Positions 24,572-38,380 of a stretch of 64,000 nucleotides of DNA are shown in pieces (positions within the stretch are counted from its first letter, which is position 1; each line of letters begins with the position of its first letter). The notes under the pieces are model-generated. The model saw only the letters and a program-made list of their open reading frames with translations, made no database searches and had not been told where the DNA came from. A program made the position numbers and the translations under genes. Source of the DNA: Spizellomyces punctatus DAOM BR117 (Eukaryota); NCBI GenBank assembly GCA_000182565.2, contig KQ257462.1. One strand, 5' to 3'.

Positions 24572-26487
24572 TTATGTCCGCGCGAAATCCTCCTTGACTC
24601 TCCCCCGCAGCTCTGAATCAACTACACATTGATAGCCCACGAGAGCCAGCGCCTTTGCGCACCTCAACGTAGCTATATGGGCACTCTCAGCTGCAGCTTG
24701 CCGCTCAAATTCTTTTGTGTGAATATCAAACTTCCCTACTGCCCCCACAATGTCAAATAGCGGGTGAATTCCTAGCGAAAAAGTGCGTCAGGACATGTAC
24801 TTTCCGCGTCCACACGCAAATGTCCAAACTCACCAGGGATCACTTGAGTCACATTGCCCATATCTGCACCAACGGTGTTATCCAATGGTCGATTTGCAAG
24901 GTACGACCGAACCTCACCTGTACTACCCCTTGGAATCTTTTCCAGCACTGCAATATCTCCGAAATCAGCATCCATTTTCATCATCTCTTCCTCAAACAGT
25001 TTGGCAAGGACAGAGTTGTTCTTCAAATCGGCATAGGCAGGACATTCTGTCACTTTAAAGGTGCATCCTGTGGCAGTAGCCGCACCTTGAAAGCATGCCG
25101 TAATGCGATCTTTCAGCGTGCGCAAATCAGCGATTTTGGCAGAGCGGATGTAATATTCCAGTCTCGTATAATCCGGAATAACTGAATTACGCTGAATTAG
25201 TACACCCTGCTGAAAGCAACGGGTCCACTGACGCTTACTATTGGCTGCAGCTCCACCATGAGTTATTATTCCATGAACCCTGTGTAGGAGCAGTATATAG
25301 CAGTGAGTCTTCTATGCAGAGTTTTACACTAGGAGAAAGAGTGAATTTCTTACCGATCAGTCGGAAGAATCTGCTGTCTTGAGTGTTTGCAATGGTTAGC
25401 CGCGAATCGTTACGTCCATGGAACCTCCCACCAACCTCATTGCGGATACTGAATTGTAGGCCATCACGGCTGCGTCCAGAGCGTTAATGCCTAAGCTTCC
25501 CCACAAGCGGTCAATGCCATGCGACATCTTTGCATGTATGGTAGACCGTAATTACCCGCCCAAGGTTCAGCGGCAGCATGAGCTGGTTTTCCAAAGAATT
25601 CTACGACCAGTTCCTGCATCGCCATAAAGAACGGTCGAGCGACATTAACGTTGCCAGGATGTGCCATAATGGCAATGTCGACGCCATTAAAGAGGTTCGC
25701 GTTCAAGAGGTCCAATTTACCGCCTCGAGTCTCTTCAGCGGGTGTTCCAAACAGCTTGATAGTGGTTCGAAACGGTGGACGTGTGACTTCCAAACTTGCT
25801 TTGCAGGCTATGCGTTATGTGAGCCTTCAGATCTAAGATGCATCGGGGTATGATCGTTCTACACCCACCCAAAGCCGCAGCGACACCTGATATGGCGATC
25901 CTTCATGAATGAGACGTATGCGATGAGCGTTAACAGCTACGACATTCTTATTTACAAAAGCTGGAATCTTACAAATTGTGCCCGCAAGCGTGGCTGGTTT
26001 CGCATCATGCAAAAGGAACAAAAACAGATCTCAAAACGTTTTTCTATTGGAGGATCTTCAAGTCAAGGAACTGACCCTATGTCTGGCAATGCATCATATC
26101 TGTAGATAACGAAGATTCATGAGTATTTCCGTTAACAAGAGTCCCAAGAATGCGTGTCCAGTTCGCACTCACTCTGAAAGGAAAGCAATCGTGACAGGTT
26201 CCCCATTCCCGTCTCCACCAACCTCCCATTCCGCAATAAACGCAGTCTCCACTCCACCGGCATGCTTTGTCACTGTGAAGCCCTTTCTGTCCAGAAACTT
26301 TGTTAGCACGTCATGTGCATGGTGTTCTTCGTAGCCCAGTTCTGGATGTGAATGTATCTGGCGGGCATTGTTCAGATGAGCGAACTCATTAAAGTGACCG
26401 TGGATTATATACCTCGAGACTCAATCGCCGCAAGTCGTCCGAGTGTTGGTCAATAGCGGTCGAGATTCGATCGCTTGATCTCGACAT
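24572..26487 (-). CDS. M20 family peptidase/amidohydrolase (PM20D2/ACY1L2-like)
   Basis: Spliced motifs IHSHPELGYEEHHAH, SEYDALP, HACGHN, GTPAEETRGGK, MAHPG, GKPAHAAAEPWAG-NALDA, GST-DMGNV; multiple introns. Confidence 0.9.
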
Positions 26488-26696
26488 GGCCACAATCGAT
26501 GGAAGAGATGCTGTTGAACACTTGGAGGCGTGCAATGAAGAACACAGCCACCTGCCCAAAACCCCGATCATTAAATTGCCTGGCTTTTGAAATTCCTTGT
26601 TAAACCTAGATACTTCCTTGGTAGACCATTTCAGGAGTTCTTCTATCTTTATTTCTAAGTTTCTACTATGTACATGTGAACAACTGAAAAAGCCCT

Positions 26697-28428
26697 CTAC
26701 AGATGTGCCTGCTGCACTGATCGAACAGGTTGATCATCCGTTGCCAAGTGGTCTACTCGCAAACTGCTGTGCTTTTCCTTCAAAACCTCAAAATGCTTCC
26801 GCAAGCCATATTCCAGGTCATGGGTGTAAACGGGTAGTCCAATCACGGCAAATATGAAACCCAAGTTTACCAAAGTCCGAACATCACTAGAATTGACGTA
26901 CATGCTGATCACGACCGCAATGTAAAAGGGACTGAGTAGGACTGTGAACATGAATGATACGGGTGTAGAGGTCAATGGGGATGTCAGTGCAACAGCAGCC
27001 ATGACTATGTAGTTCAAACTCATGCCGTCCATTGTTTTTTGTGGCTCGTACGTGTTGCGGAATATCAAAAGGTGCAACCCCGTTATGAGAGTTGCTTGGA
27101 GAAGGACAATCACTTGCGCGATGAGGGGGCGTCTACGAAATACATGAAGGAGAAGAACTGTGACGGCCGTCACCGATGATACCCAAATCATCTATGTGAA
27201 GGAGGGTTAAGACATTGACAATAGCTGATCAACAGAGATCTCGATAGATACCATTAGCGTCAAGTGACCTTGAGAGACTTTTGTGATAGAGGATACACTA
27301 CTGTTATCTTGATGCATCAGCACCGCTCCAATGGTGGTTGACAGTGCATTTCCAATTAATTCCGTCGTAAAGGAAGTCAGGAATTTTCGTGTGCGATATA
27401 GCTGGAACTCGGCTTCCACATCTCGTGCCATAAATCTTGGCATGATATGGCGCAACAAACCGCTTGTACTGATGTGCCATCCGTGTGACTCTTTCCCCGT
27501 TTGTCCAGCACTCTGATCCTCAGAGCCTCTACTTGTTACCGATGAACGATCGGTCGCCAAAATGTTTTCCAGCCACATTCTTCGCATAATTCTCTCACGA
27601 TCGTACGCCATTTCTCTTCCACTTCTGATCATGGCAAAGGTTGATATCAACGACGCTGCATAGTACAGACTTGCGGATTCATCATGGGCAACCGCCATGA
27701 AGATAATAATTTGCATCAAAACGAGAACAGAGGCACATCCGAAGCAGTATCGGAAGGGGAGTGGTATTGTCGCAAAGCCGCAGCAGATGGTTAGAATTGT
27801 GCCAATTACGTTTGGTAGAGCGTGAATAATATCTATGGGACTAACGAGGGGTGTGGGGAGGGTGATGCCCAAGTCCGTGGTTGAAAAAAGGAGGTCTGAA
27901 CATGGTACGAACACGATTCCGTTAAAGTACCAATGGAACAAAAGGATACGAAGGCAAATTGGTCGGAATCGGTGGAGGGATTTAAAGGTATACGAGCAGA
28001 GAACAGAGAATGTTCTGTATGTTGATGAAGAAGATCAATGCCATATCACGCCGTGCGGAGAGCATGTTTACTCACAGAAGTAGCCCAATGCCCGTACATG
28101 TGTTTCGAACCATCAAAAAGCCCGGCGGCCATCCTATCCTGGTGGCTGCGCTAGTGTCGGTCACCAACCCAACAATGTAAAACCCAAAAAGCATGAACAT
28201 AGATATATAGGTGTGTCTTCCCATGGCAGCTATGTAAACTTCACGAAAAGCTGCTTCGTCCCCCGGACTTGGGAAATCCATGGACTGTCGGACATACCGC
28301 TTTTTGGTATGGTCGCAAATACGACGAAACAGTGAAGAACTTTTTGGTGTGGGTATCGAGTGCAGATTAGATGACGATTTGGCTCCTCGCATGATATTTG
28401 AAGGAACGCACGGAGGTATACTTGACAT
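26697..28428 (-). CDS. Polytopic membrane protein of two 6TM halves resembling class III adenylyl-cyclase membrane anchors; no catalytic domain
   Basis: Introns 28075-28015 and 27251-27192 give ~536 aa with 12 hydrophobic segments; each half preceded by F-x4/5-E-x-x-F (FPSPGDEAAF; FMARDVEAEF) and followed by E-x3-R-x2-aromatic (ERIMRRMW; EYGLRKHF). Confidence 0.6.
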
Positions 28429-28821
28429 TCAGCAAGGTTATCTATCCCAGGGATGCTTCATCCTGTTCTTAACTCTGTGAAGAACCCAACAGACAAACTT
28501 GTTTATAGCTTGATCACGATAGGGTTTTGAGAATCAATTTATCCAGACAGGGTTGGATTTGGGAGGCCACGACGTTACTATTCATAGATGTTTACCTGTA
28601 AATATGCATATGCCATTCTTTGTAACTTTGACTCCCAGGCCCCTCGTTGGATTTAAGGGCGGAGACTCTGTCGATCAAGGGCGGACTTATTTACGTCAGC
28701 GGTGGTTCAAATGCATGGAAATGGTTTCATTGAAAGAGTTCCAGCGAGCCCACGCCAGAGGCCACAGAATTTGCAAATCATGATACATCCGCCTTCCCCA
28801 AAGTAAGGACCGAACGTTGCC

Positions 28822-30031
28822 ATGTCAGCTGAGGAAAAGAAACGCCCGCGGAAAGCATCGCTTCAACCCACAGCGTCACCGCCTCCCAAGAAGCAGAAGC
28901 CTACCATACCAATAACCCGCGGCAAATTCAAAAACAGGTTTCTGCGAAAGCATTCAAGCTTGTTACATAACTGCAAGTCAGAGGGCCTTGAACGCCCTAG
29001 GGGCTTGATTATTACTTGTCCAGTAGGATCTGAAACGCGAGCCTTGGTGTGTTGTTGAGTGAGGTTTATGCTCAGCTGCTCTATTCTGGCGATAGCGTCT
29101 GTATTGTTAACAGTTAGGTTTTTTGGTAGGGCCAAATCCGCACATTCCTGGATAGATATCTTCCTATCCTTTTCCCAGAGCACAAGACAGTTTGGACATC
29201 ACGCCCGCATGAATTGGACATTGATCTCAAGATCGTGGGTGCATCTGATTCCGAATTGGGTGGTGCACCACAGGATACTGGTGGAGATGGCGATGACAGT
29301 GCGGATGAGATGAATGAGACGAGGGAGGAAAGTGCAGACTCAAAGAATGATCGGAAATTTCAGGCCGTTGATGCCGCATGCGGTGGCGTACTGTTCATCA
29401 GGTTTCGAGTAGATACAGATCCTGTGGACTTTGTCGTTAAATTATTCGGTACGGTAGTTGTATCCGGGCAGCGCGATCAACTTGTAAAAGCTAATGGCAG
29501 CCTTGTGGATAGAATACATGAACACACTTTCACTATCGGAGCAAAATTCTCTCAAAAAAAGTATTAGTCACTGCTCAGTAAGTTTCTACATGCCCCTGTT
29601 GACTTTTCTTCATGTGTCCTAATGTTTCATATCAGCGCATCCTGCCAATCACCCACACAATGCCATCCACACTACCAGACATCCAATCTCACTTGGAGCC
29701 AGTTATCCCGCGCATGCTCACTCCACATCTTGATACATTAACCACTCAGCCACCAACTTTAGCCTGCATTACTGAAGTTCGCAACAGAGAGGGGTTAAAG
29801 AAGGAGAGTGTTAGGGATGCTGTCTTAAAATGTGTGCCGGGATTGGGTTCAGTGCAAACATCCGATAGTTCACCTCAGGTAGATGCCAAACTCGTATGTT
29901 GGTCGGTCAATTTAAAGGAACCCACTGTCGTCCTATTTACGACTGTATTCAAAAGTGTCTGTGGGTTTTCTGTCTTACCCAGATATTACGAGTACAAGAA
30001 ATACAATGTGCAAATGATTGGGGTCCCATAG
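28822..30031 (+). CDS. TAN1: THUMP-domain protein (Tan1/THUMPD1, tRNA ac4C adaptor)
   Basis: GLIITC..GSETRAL, RKFQAVD...GVLFIRF, QRILPI, EVRN, SVNLKEP...TVFKSVCGFSVLPRYYEYKKYNV. Confidence 0.8.
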
Positions 30032-30582
30032 TACTCCATGTGACAGATTTTTTGATGTATTATTCAGCATTAAAATTCAGTACATCCCAGTACTGCGTCC
30101 TCCTGTCAATCCGACGGAAAGTCTCCTCGGCACGGAGCATATTCCGCTCCGATTATTTTATCTAATCTTGTTGGGTTTGCGTTTTTATTCTGCTACCTCG
30201 TCATTACAAATCCAAAGTCGGCTTCCGTCCGGGACTTTACCCGCTTTTTTAGTTGACTTTTGTCCGTCCCACCTTGTTGACCACCCATGTTGACCGCGTT
30301 CGCAGTGCGTTGCACGTTGACCCGCCCCAAAAGTGTTCTGATGTTTGAATTTGGAGCTCAGCGACCTTTTGGCACAACAGTTGCACACTTCATTGCCAAT
30401 GTGTTCCCCGTCAAGGGCATACAAAGAGTCCCCCCTTGACCACCACACACCCTAAGCTCAAAGGAGGGCGTTTTTGGCCACATCATTCTGCATTACTCAT
30501 CCAAAAATCAGGATTATATAAAGTGCATTCACGTCTCATCGTTCTTCTCATCTCACAATTAAAGCATCAAACAAATACAAGC

Positions 30583-32507
30583 ATGTCTAGAAAAAGTTGG
30601 GTGGATTTGTGGGCTCCTGCCCCCGAGCCGCCGACAAAATTGGGTTACTATCGACTTCTCAGTCCGTCGGCTAGTGTTCGCGTATCCCCGCTTTGCCTTG
30701 GTGCCATGGTATGTGCTTACCGGCAAGCATGGAGTGTTTTCAATCGTGCCCTTGCGGGTTGCGATTTGATCATCTGTGCTGATTCGTATTTGTCTGATAT
30801 TTTGGCCGTTCTACACCTCTAGAACATTGGTACGGCATGGGGTGATTTTTTGGGACCAGTGACGCAAGAAGACGCTTTCAAATTGCTGGATTACTTTTAC
30901 GAATCTGGAGGAAATTTCATTGATACCGGTACGTTGTCAGCATTCAAATGATGCATGGTCATGGTGAATAACATATTAACTTGGTTTGTGCTCTCCTTAG
31001 CAAACAACTACCAGGATGAGCAATCTGAGCAGTGGATAGGCGATTGGATGAAGAAGCGCCAAAACCGGGCTGAAATGGTCATTGCCACAAAATTCACTTC
31101 TCCCTACAAAAGCTACAAGGTACGTTATCGCGATGACTGGTTGATACATTCAGTTACTAATACCGTAGACGTTTTTCGTTTAGCGTGATCAAACCATACA
31201 GACCAATTACGTGGGAAACAGTAGAAAGCATCTCATTGTCTCTCTCGAGGATTCTTTGCGAAAACTTCAAACAGATTATATCGATGTCCTCTACGTTCAC
31301 TGGTGTACGTGAATGCTCCTTCCTTGCGTCTGCATGTCGAAATATCCATTCATTTGTCGTTTACCATAGGGGACTTTACGATGTCCGTCGAAGAGATGAT
31401 GCGTTCCCTCAACTACCTGGTGCAATCAGGCAAAGTCCTCTACTTGGGCGTGTCAGATACACCTGCATGGGTCGTAAGCAAAGCCAACCAATGTGAGTAG
31501 AATAAATCTATATAATCGTGATGAGTCCCTAGCCGACTGATTGCAAATGATCTTTCCTATAGATGCCCGTGACCATGGTTTAGCTCCGTTTGTCGTTTAT
31601 CAAGGAAAATGGAGTGTCGTCGATCGGTATGCGATGATCATGTTTCCGTGAACATGTAGTTAAGAGGGCTTACACTACTATTTTCAAGCGATTTTGAACG
31701 CGAGATCATCCCCATGTGTCGGGATGAGAATATGGGAATTGCACCTTGGTGTGTAGCTTGAACGTCTCTCTAACACTTTCCTGCGCATTCTTCTAATGTC
31801 GTGTCGACTTTGCTATTTATCAGGGGTGCCCTGGGAAGCGGCTATCTGAAGACCGAAGCCCAGCTCAAAGAAATGGAAGCAAAGAATGAAAAGGGGCGCC
31901 AGGTTTTCGGTGGAATTACACAGAAACATAGAGACTTGACTGCAATCTTGGAGAAGATTGGCAACAAGTACGGTGTTGGTGTTACTGGTGTTGCACTTTC
32001 CTATGTCATGCACAAGGTAAGCCTACTACCGTTAAGATGGGTGCGCATGTGAACTTGACTGATATATCGTAAACGACAATCAGGCCCCATACGTTTACCC
32101 GATTGTGGGTGGAAGAAAGATTGAACACCGTATGTCATTCTCACAAGTCCGCGGCATATAGCGTCATGCACCCTATTGATGATTCCGTACAGTTAAAGGC
32201 AATATCGAAGCCCTTGAAAAGGTCCGCCTAACGGAAGAAGATATCAAGACTATCGAAGATGCGTCGCCAATCGACCTTGGGTTCCCACACAACATGCTTG
32301 GGTACGTGCATGCTATAAAGTTATTGATACTTTTTTTTATTCACTTGTGCCTTTATTCGTTATTTGCAAAGTGGTAACGGTGGGCACCCGTCCGGCAACC
32401 CATTATTGGGCAACGCCTCGAGGCATGAGTTCCAAGCGTATCCCACATCAATCGATGCGGTCAAGTCAGAGAGAGCGGGCACCGTCGGAAAAGCTACCCA
32501 AGCTTAA
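30583..32507 (+). CDS. Aldo-keto reductase, aryl-alcohol dehydrogenase (AAD/norsolorinic acid reductase-like) subfamily
   Basis: [72 protein letters not shown]; ~10 introns. Confidence 0.92.
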
Positions 32508-33934
32508 ATAAACATTGTTGTACATAGTATCGTGTTCACATTTGGTCCAATGCAAAGTTCATGAATATATCCTTGAAGCTTTCGTGCGCGTGAACGCAAG
32601 AGCGAGTGGTTGTGCATAGTGTGATGACCATTTGTTTGGCCTGGACTGTGAGCTCTGCCAGCCAGCTGTTGTTGCTACTGTTGTTTTGTAAAGCCCATCC
32701 GGCATGTCGGGTACGTTACTTGCATCTATGAGTTTATTCATGTATTTGGTATTGCACTCATTCAGCCTACAACGCTTTATCATTGGGGAGTTTGCTAGTG
32801 CGTATCCGACATACAAATGTTTCTTTTCGGTAGGATAAACAAAACCTTCACGGTGATCAGCCATTGCTAAATGCGGTTAAAATAAATAAACAAATGCCAT
32901 TTTGAGACGAATACATGAACACTCTGTGCTGTCCAAGAACAATTGCGTGTCAATTTGGTCGAAAAAGAATATGAAAAAGTCAATACCTGCAGGAAACTAT
33001 CCGTATAACAATTGCAAAAAACAGTTGATTTTGACTTTGTGGGGATAGCTTATGGGGTAATGGTTCGTTCTCAGTTGCCGGAAGGCGCTGAGTTCGATCT
33101 CCACATTGCGCGGGAGCCATTTGTGCGGACCCGCGACAGAACGCGAGGGATTGACGTAAGTTCAACCCGATCGTATGTGCCCCCCAGTCTGTTCTTGGGA
33201 AGTAGGGCCCCTTCTCAAGACGGCTGGTCACGTTTTTGCTACATAATCCATAACCCTGCCAGTTATTCGACAACCAACCTTTTGCATAAAGTTCCAGGGC
33301 AACCTCACAAGAATCTGGAATTTGGCAAAAAAGGTCCTCCCACCCAGCTTCGTTATTGATGTGCGCATCTGATGCACCACCGGTTGGCATTACCCAGCGA
33401 TTGATGTTGGACTGTTGCGCTTGCGAATACAGATCCCATCCTAGTGCTATTGCCAAGAGCTTGTCTATCTTTACACAGTCAATATGCATGCATCGCGTTG
33501 AACTTTCCGGCCATACAAGGTTTGTATTCTTTTCAAGCGACCAACGCGCTGGGCTGCAACACAAGTCATGTATTCAATGCATTTCCTAAATGAAATCTTC
33601 TGAAAAACATATTGGTCGCGGTTCGTCGTCAGGCGTCCAATCTCAGCCTGACTCGATGGGGATGACATTGGAAGAAAGATACAGTCTGAACGTTCTTCTT
33701 CCAATCATATGCCCACGTACCTCGCCTTCCATTCCTACTCTCGTTCATCAGAAGGGACTTTAAAAAAACCTTTGGCCGAACTTTGGTCATAATTGGGGTT
33801 GGAATTTGGATAAGCCACATTGGATCCTCGCTTCAACTTGCAACCGGAAGGAGAGAGTCATTCTAAATAAGAAGCGACCCCAGCAGGCCAGCCCCGAAGG
33901 TTACGAGCAACCTCCAGCGCAAACCTCACAAGTT

Positions 33935-34550
33935 ATGACTGCCGACCACCCAGCAAAACCATTCTCGCGCCGCTTTCATTTGGCGATGGACGAAACACCA
34001 GCGTCAGTCAACGCTCTCAAATATTGTTTTTCAAACCTGCTCCAGGACGGGGATTTCTTGGATGTTATCACTGCAGTTTTGGACCCAGTAGATCAGAACG
34101 CTGTGAATCAGCAAAATGTGCAATGTCAAGATGATGGACGATCGCATCTTTACCGAGACCATCCGGTAATATTTAATATAGATGTAAATGTTCCTTGACC
34201 GAGTCTCATCTGCCCTTATCATTTAGATTGTTAAGCGAATGCAGACGTTGATCAATGTCATTCGGGAGGGGTATCCAAACAAGCACATTACAGTATCCTT
34301 ACACGCCGTGTGTGGTGAACCAGGGCATGTCATTGTTGAGCAGGCAGAGAAGCAATTTGCAAGTACCTTAGTGCTAGGTACAACTCCTAGATCCCATTAC
34401 CTAATGCCAACTGGGATGAGTCTTGCCACTGCCATGTGCTATGGCACTGTGTCTGGGTACGTTGTCGAACATCTACCGCCTGAAATTAACGTAGTACTAG
34501 TGAGATATGTAGAACCAAAGCGAGATGACTTGGAAAGTGGTGACCAGTAG
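33935..34550 (+). CDS. Universal stress protein (USP) domain protein
   Basis: LAMDETPASVNALKY, GEPGHVIVEQAEK...LVLGT, GTVSGYVVEH; one intron ending 34226 (donor 34166 or 34103, both phase 0). Confidence 0.8.
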
Positions 34551-35015
34551 GCGATCTTGTTTTAGTATAGTATATTCTAGTTGTTTGTAATAATATGTAT
34601 CATATCGCACATTACGAGTATGCGAGATTACTTCGGCAGTCTCTATCTTGCTTGCCAGTGTGAGGTCATCAGCTTGAGGCTGTTGACACGGCAGATCGAC
34701 CCAGTTCCGCTTAGAGTTCGGAACCGCGGGAAAGGGTATATGATGCAAAGATCCCAGGAAATTACGTTGCAAGCTTATTTTTGCGTTTTGCGATGCGTAC
34801 TACTTGTAGTAGATTGGGGTTCTTGAATGTGAATCATGTGGAGGAATTCACAAGCCTCCAAGTTTCTGTTGACAAAAAGCGTTACGGGAAAGATTTAGCG
34901 AATAACAATTCTATGAGATCAGTTCACTTCTTTTGTTAACTTTAGATTTAAGAACAAGTTTACAATTGCCGCTAGCCTTACATAGGTCGCACACCGATAT
35001 CAATAAAATTGCAAA

Positions 35016-36369
35016 ATGTCTAACAGGGTTTGGAGAATCGCCAAGCACGAGGGCATCGAGAACTTGCGGTATGAACATGCGTTTTCCACAATGTGACGTC
35101 TTGTAGAGAGAGGTTCATGGATCTGCTTCTGTTTAAAGTCTCACCACAGAGGACGTTCCTAAACCTGGACCAGGTCAGGTTCTTTTGCGTGTCAGGGCCG
35201 TCGCTCTTAACTATCGCGATTGGGCAGTATTGAATGGGTAAAGTCTGATGTGCTCGGCTCTTTGCAAGGAACTAGCCGTGAATTTCCGTTTTCCGTCAAA
35301 TTTCAATAGATTCTACCCCCGTCCATACGCCGAGGAAGGTCGCCTTATTCCATGCTCCGACGCTGCCGGGGACATTGTCGAAATTGGTGAAGAAGTCACA
35401 AAGGTCAAGAAGGGTCAACGGGTCTGTTCCTTATTCTTCCAGACGTGGTTTAAGGGAGAACTGGAGGAAGAAGATATGCTGCAGACATTGGGGGCTCCCA
35501 TTCACGGAGTCTTGGCCCAGTATGTAGTATTAAATCAGGTTCGAAACCGCCATTGGCTACACAGCATTTCCTGGCATGAGCTCAACCTTCATTTTAGGAT
35601 GGAGTTATCCAGTTTCCAGACTTTCTTTCGTACGAGGAGGCAGCTACACTTCCATGTGCCGCATTAACAGCCTGGCAAGCAACCTACGTTACTACTCGTC
35701 ATGTCGGGTGCGTTCAATCCAATAGTACTGCGTAAGTGTATTTGCTAATGATTAGCTGCATAGGCCGCACTGCACTACACTTACGCAAGGCACGGGAGGG
35801 GTTTCGATCTTTGCACTCCAGTTCGCCCACCTAGGTGGGAACCGCGTTATCATCACCTCCTCTTCTGATGAAAAGCTGGCCAAAGCAAAGGAGCTTGGTG
35901 CTGATGACTTCATCAATTATCGCAAAACTCCGGAATGGCACCAAGAAGCACGTAAAATCAACGATGGACGTGGAATTGACAACGTCATTGAGATTGGTGG
36001 TCCCGGAACTATAAACAAATCTTTGCTGGCGGCCAAAAAATACGGGGATGTGCAAGCAATCGGTTTCCGTACTGAAGGAACAGATACAAATGTCGCAACG
36101 GCGATGGTCTACAACTGTAGCCAAGTCCATGGAATTTTTGTTGGGAACAAGAAGATGTTTGAAGACATGAACAGGCAAGTAATGAATCACAAGTTATCTA
36201 TAACCTTTTCATAAACTGCCATGGTTAAGCTATATTATTACTCAGGGCAATCCACAGGCACAAAGTGAAGCCAGTGATTGACAAGGTATATCCGTTCGAC
36301 GAAGCTCGTGAAGCTTACAAACACCTTCACAAAGGTGCTTTTGGCAAAGTAGTTATCAAAGTTGACTGA
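35016..36369 (+). CDS. MDR-family zinc-type alcohol dehydrogenase-like / NADPH:quinone oxidoreductase
   Basis: PKPGPGQVLLRVRAVALNYRD, IPCSDAAG, EEAATLPCAALTAW, QGTGGVSIFALQFA, KPVIDKVYPF, GKVVI. Confidence 0.9.
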
Positions 36370-36887
36370 GTCGGAACGATAGGTAGCCTTTCGTAGTTGC
36401 TTCTTGCAGATGGCTGTATTTCTATCATCATTTTTGCCGTATAAATATCATCTTACCCTCTAACCATGCTGCATCCATGGTTAGATTGGGCACATTTCAA
36501 AATCGGGGACAGATGTACATCGAGTGCTTTGGTTGTTAGAAATTCCGCACGGGTCTCCACTGTAGCTGAGGGCTGCGAGGATAGGACGCGTGACGGCTCT
36601 GAAGGGTGAAGGGGGCTCTAGACGACTGCTTGCGATGAGTCCCGCCGTCATGCAACTTCCAAGGGTTGCGAAAGCTATGACACGCAATGTGCATCAGCGG
36701 GAAAGCATGGAAGCTTGGCATAAAGGAGCTTGCAAAGCAAACGTGCTCTGGTACTCTTTTCATCGTTGGACTTTCAGAGCTCACAACTATCGTGTTTGCA
36801 TACTGTTTTTGGCACCACAGCAGTCTCTGAAAAAAAGCGATAACCACTCCAACTCAGTAGTTCTCACCCACGCCAACAATAGGAAAC

Positions 36888-37527
36888 ATGCTGTTTAAGT
36901 CCATTCTCGCGGTCCTCGTTTCTCTGGCCACCTTGATCATTGGCCTTCCTACGCCGATCCTGCCTCCGAACCTAATGAGAGAAGGCCAACTCGGCTACTG
37001 CTCTGATGTACCAGCTGGTATTCTTTCTATCACCAACGTCAGCGTCACTCCGTATCCACTTCGCCCTGGGCAAAATGCGACATTGTCCGCGTCAGGAGCC
37101 TTATCCGAACCCATCAACCAAGGAGCGAAAGTGAGGGTAACTGTTGCGTTACCAGGAAATTTTACAGTATATGATCAGCAAGTGGATCTCTGTCAGGCCG
37201 TTCGCTTGGTATGAGCAAATTTACAATTATATCCGTCAATTGACGATCCTAATATCTATCTTGGTTCAAAGCTCAATCATTCGTGTCCCATCAACCCTGG
37301 TCCGCTGAACGTTACTGTCACGGAGACTATTCCCAGTCAGCTTCCAGCGGTATGTTTCCGTTGCTAGTGCATGCTTATTTCATCTCGATGCGTCATAGTT
37401 TAAAACATTGGTTATTGCCTATCATGATGTTTTACAGGTAAACTATACGGTTCGCGTGAATGCAACAAACGCTGATGGGAAGCCCATCATATGCTTCGAG
37501 GGTCCCATGCAAGTTAGCTCCTCCTGA
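36888..37527 (+). CDS. ML-domain (NPC2 / PG-PI transfer protein-like) secreted lipid-binding protein
   Basis: Signal peptide; YC...ITNVSVTPYPLRPGQNATLSASG, DLC...CPINPGP, YTVRVNA...PIICFEG; two introns. Confidence 0.85.
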
Positions 37528-38380
37528 GTGGAAGTAAGCGACCCTTACGCTTGTGGATCCTGTCGCGGAAACAGAGCTTTGCATGGACATGCGATACTTT
37601 GGAAACATTTGCATGTCAACCAATTGAGAGAGCCAGATTGTTCTGTAGTTTGTGCATATATGTGCTTAGGTTGCATGTGTTGTCTGTAGGTTGGCTGTAT
37701 TTTGACTGTAACTAGCCAGCGGTATATTTGGAATTGTTTCTATTGCTTGAAGTCTTGAATCAAAGCACTATTGCAAGGTACTGTGGTCTCAACCTCATGT
37801 TACGTAATCATTGAGAAAGCAAACTCCGATGCCATACATGAGGACCACGAATATTCTTGGTATGCATGCAACACGGGCATCAGATACCAGTATGTAGGGA
37901 GCATATGGAAAGCATACGCTAACGACAAGAGCGCATTCCCAGAGGCGCTCAATGCACAAGATGACATCAGAATTGCCACGTCTTCTCGATCATGGCAGTC
38001 GATTTTGGGATCCATTATGCCCGGCTCGGGGCTAGGGATCTTGGAAATGCGACTTCTTTCACATGTAGGATTTCCATACCAGTGTCTCTTCATCGATGAG
38101 CTTGCAGCACCTTACGAACGTGCCCAATACTTGCTTGGCGTACGCCATTATGACGATTGCATCATTGGCCCTATTGTTTGGCATGAATGTTCGGTTTTCC
38201 TAGCATTTCAGATGTGATGACGTCGTTTGTAGAAAAATATCCTGTCTGCTGGAGTCGACTGGGCGGATACATAAAGGCGGAAAGGTCTCTTCGTCCTGTT
38301 CCATTCAAGCTCTGCAGCGACTCAACAGCGACGCATTTGAAAGCCAGATTCCTTTTGCCCTCCTCACATTAGTAACAATC

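Noticed and set aside
32559-33820. Minus-strand ORFs of 101, 194, 77 and 63 aa between the AKR and USP genes
   Set aside because: No recognisable motif or consistent splice model; could be degraded sequence but unsupported
37771-38217. 148-aa ORF between ML-domain and secreted T/V-rich genes
   Set aside because: Non-ATG start, no motif
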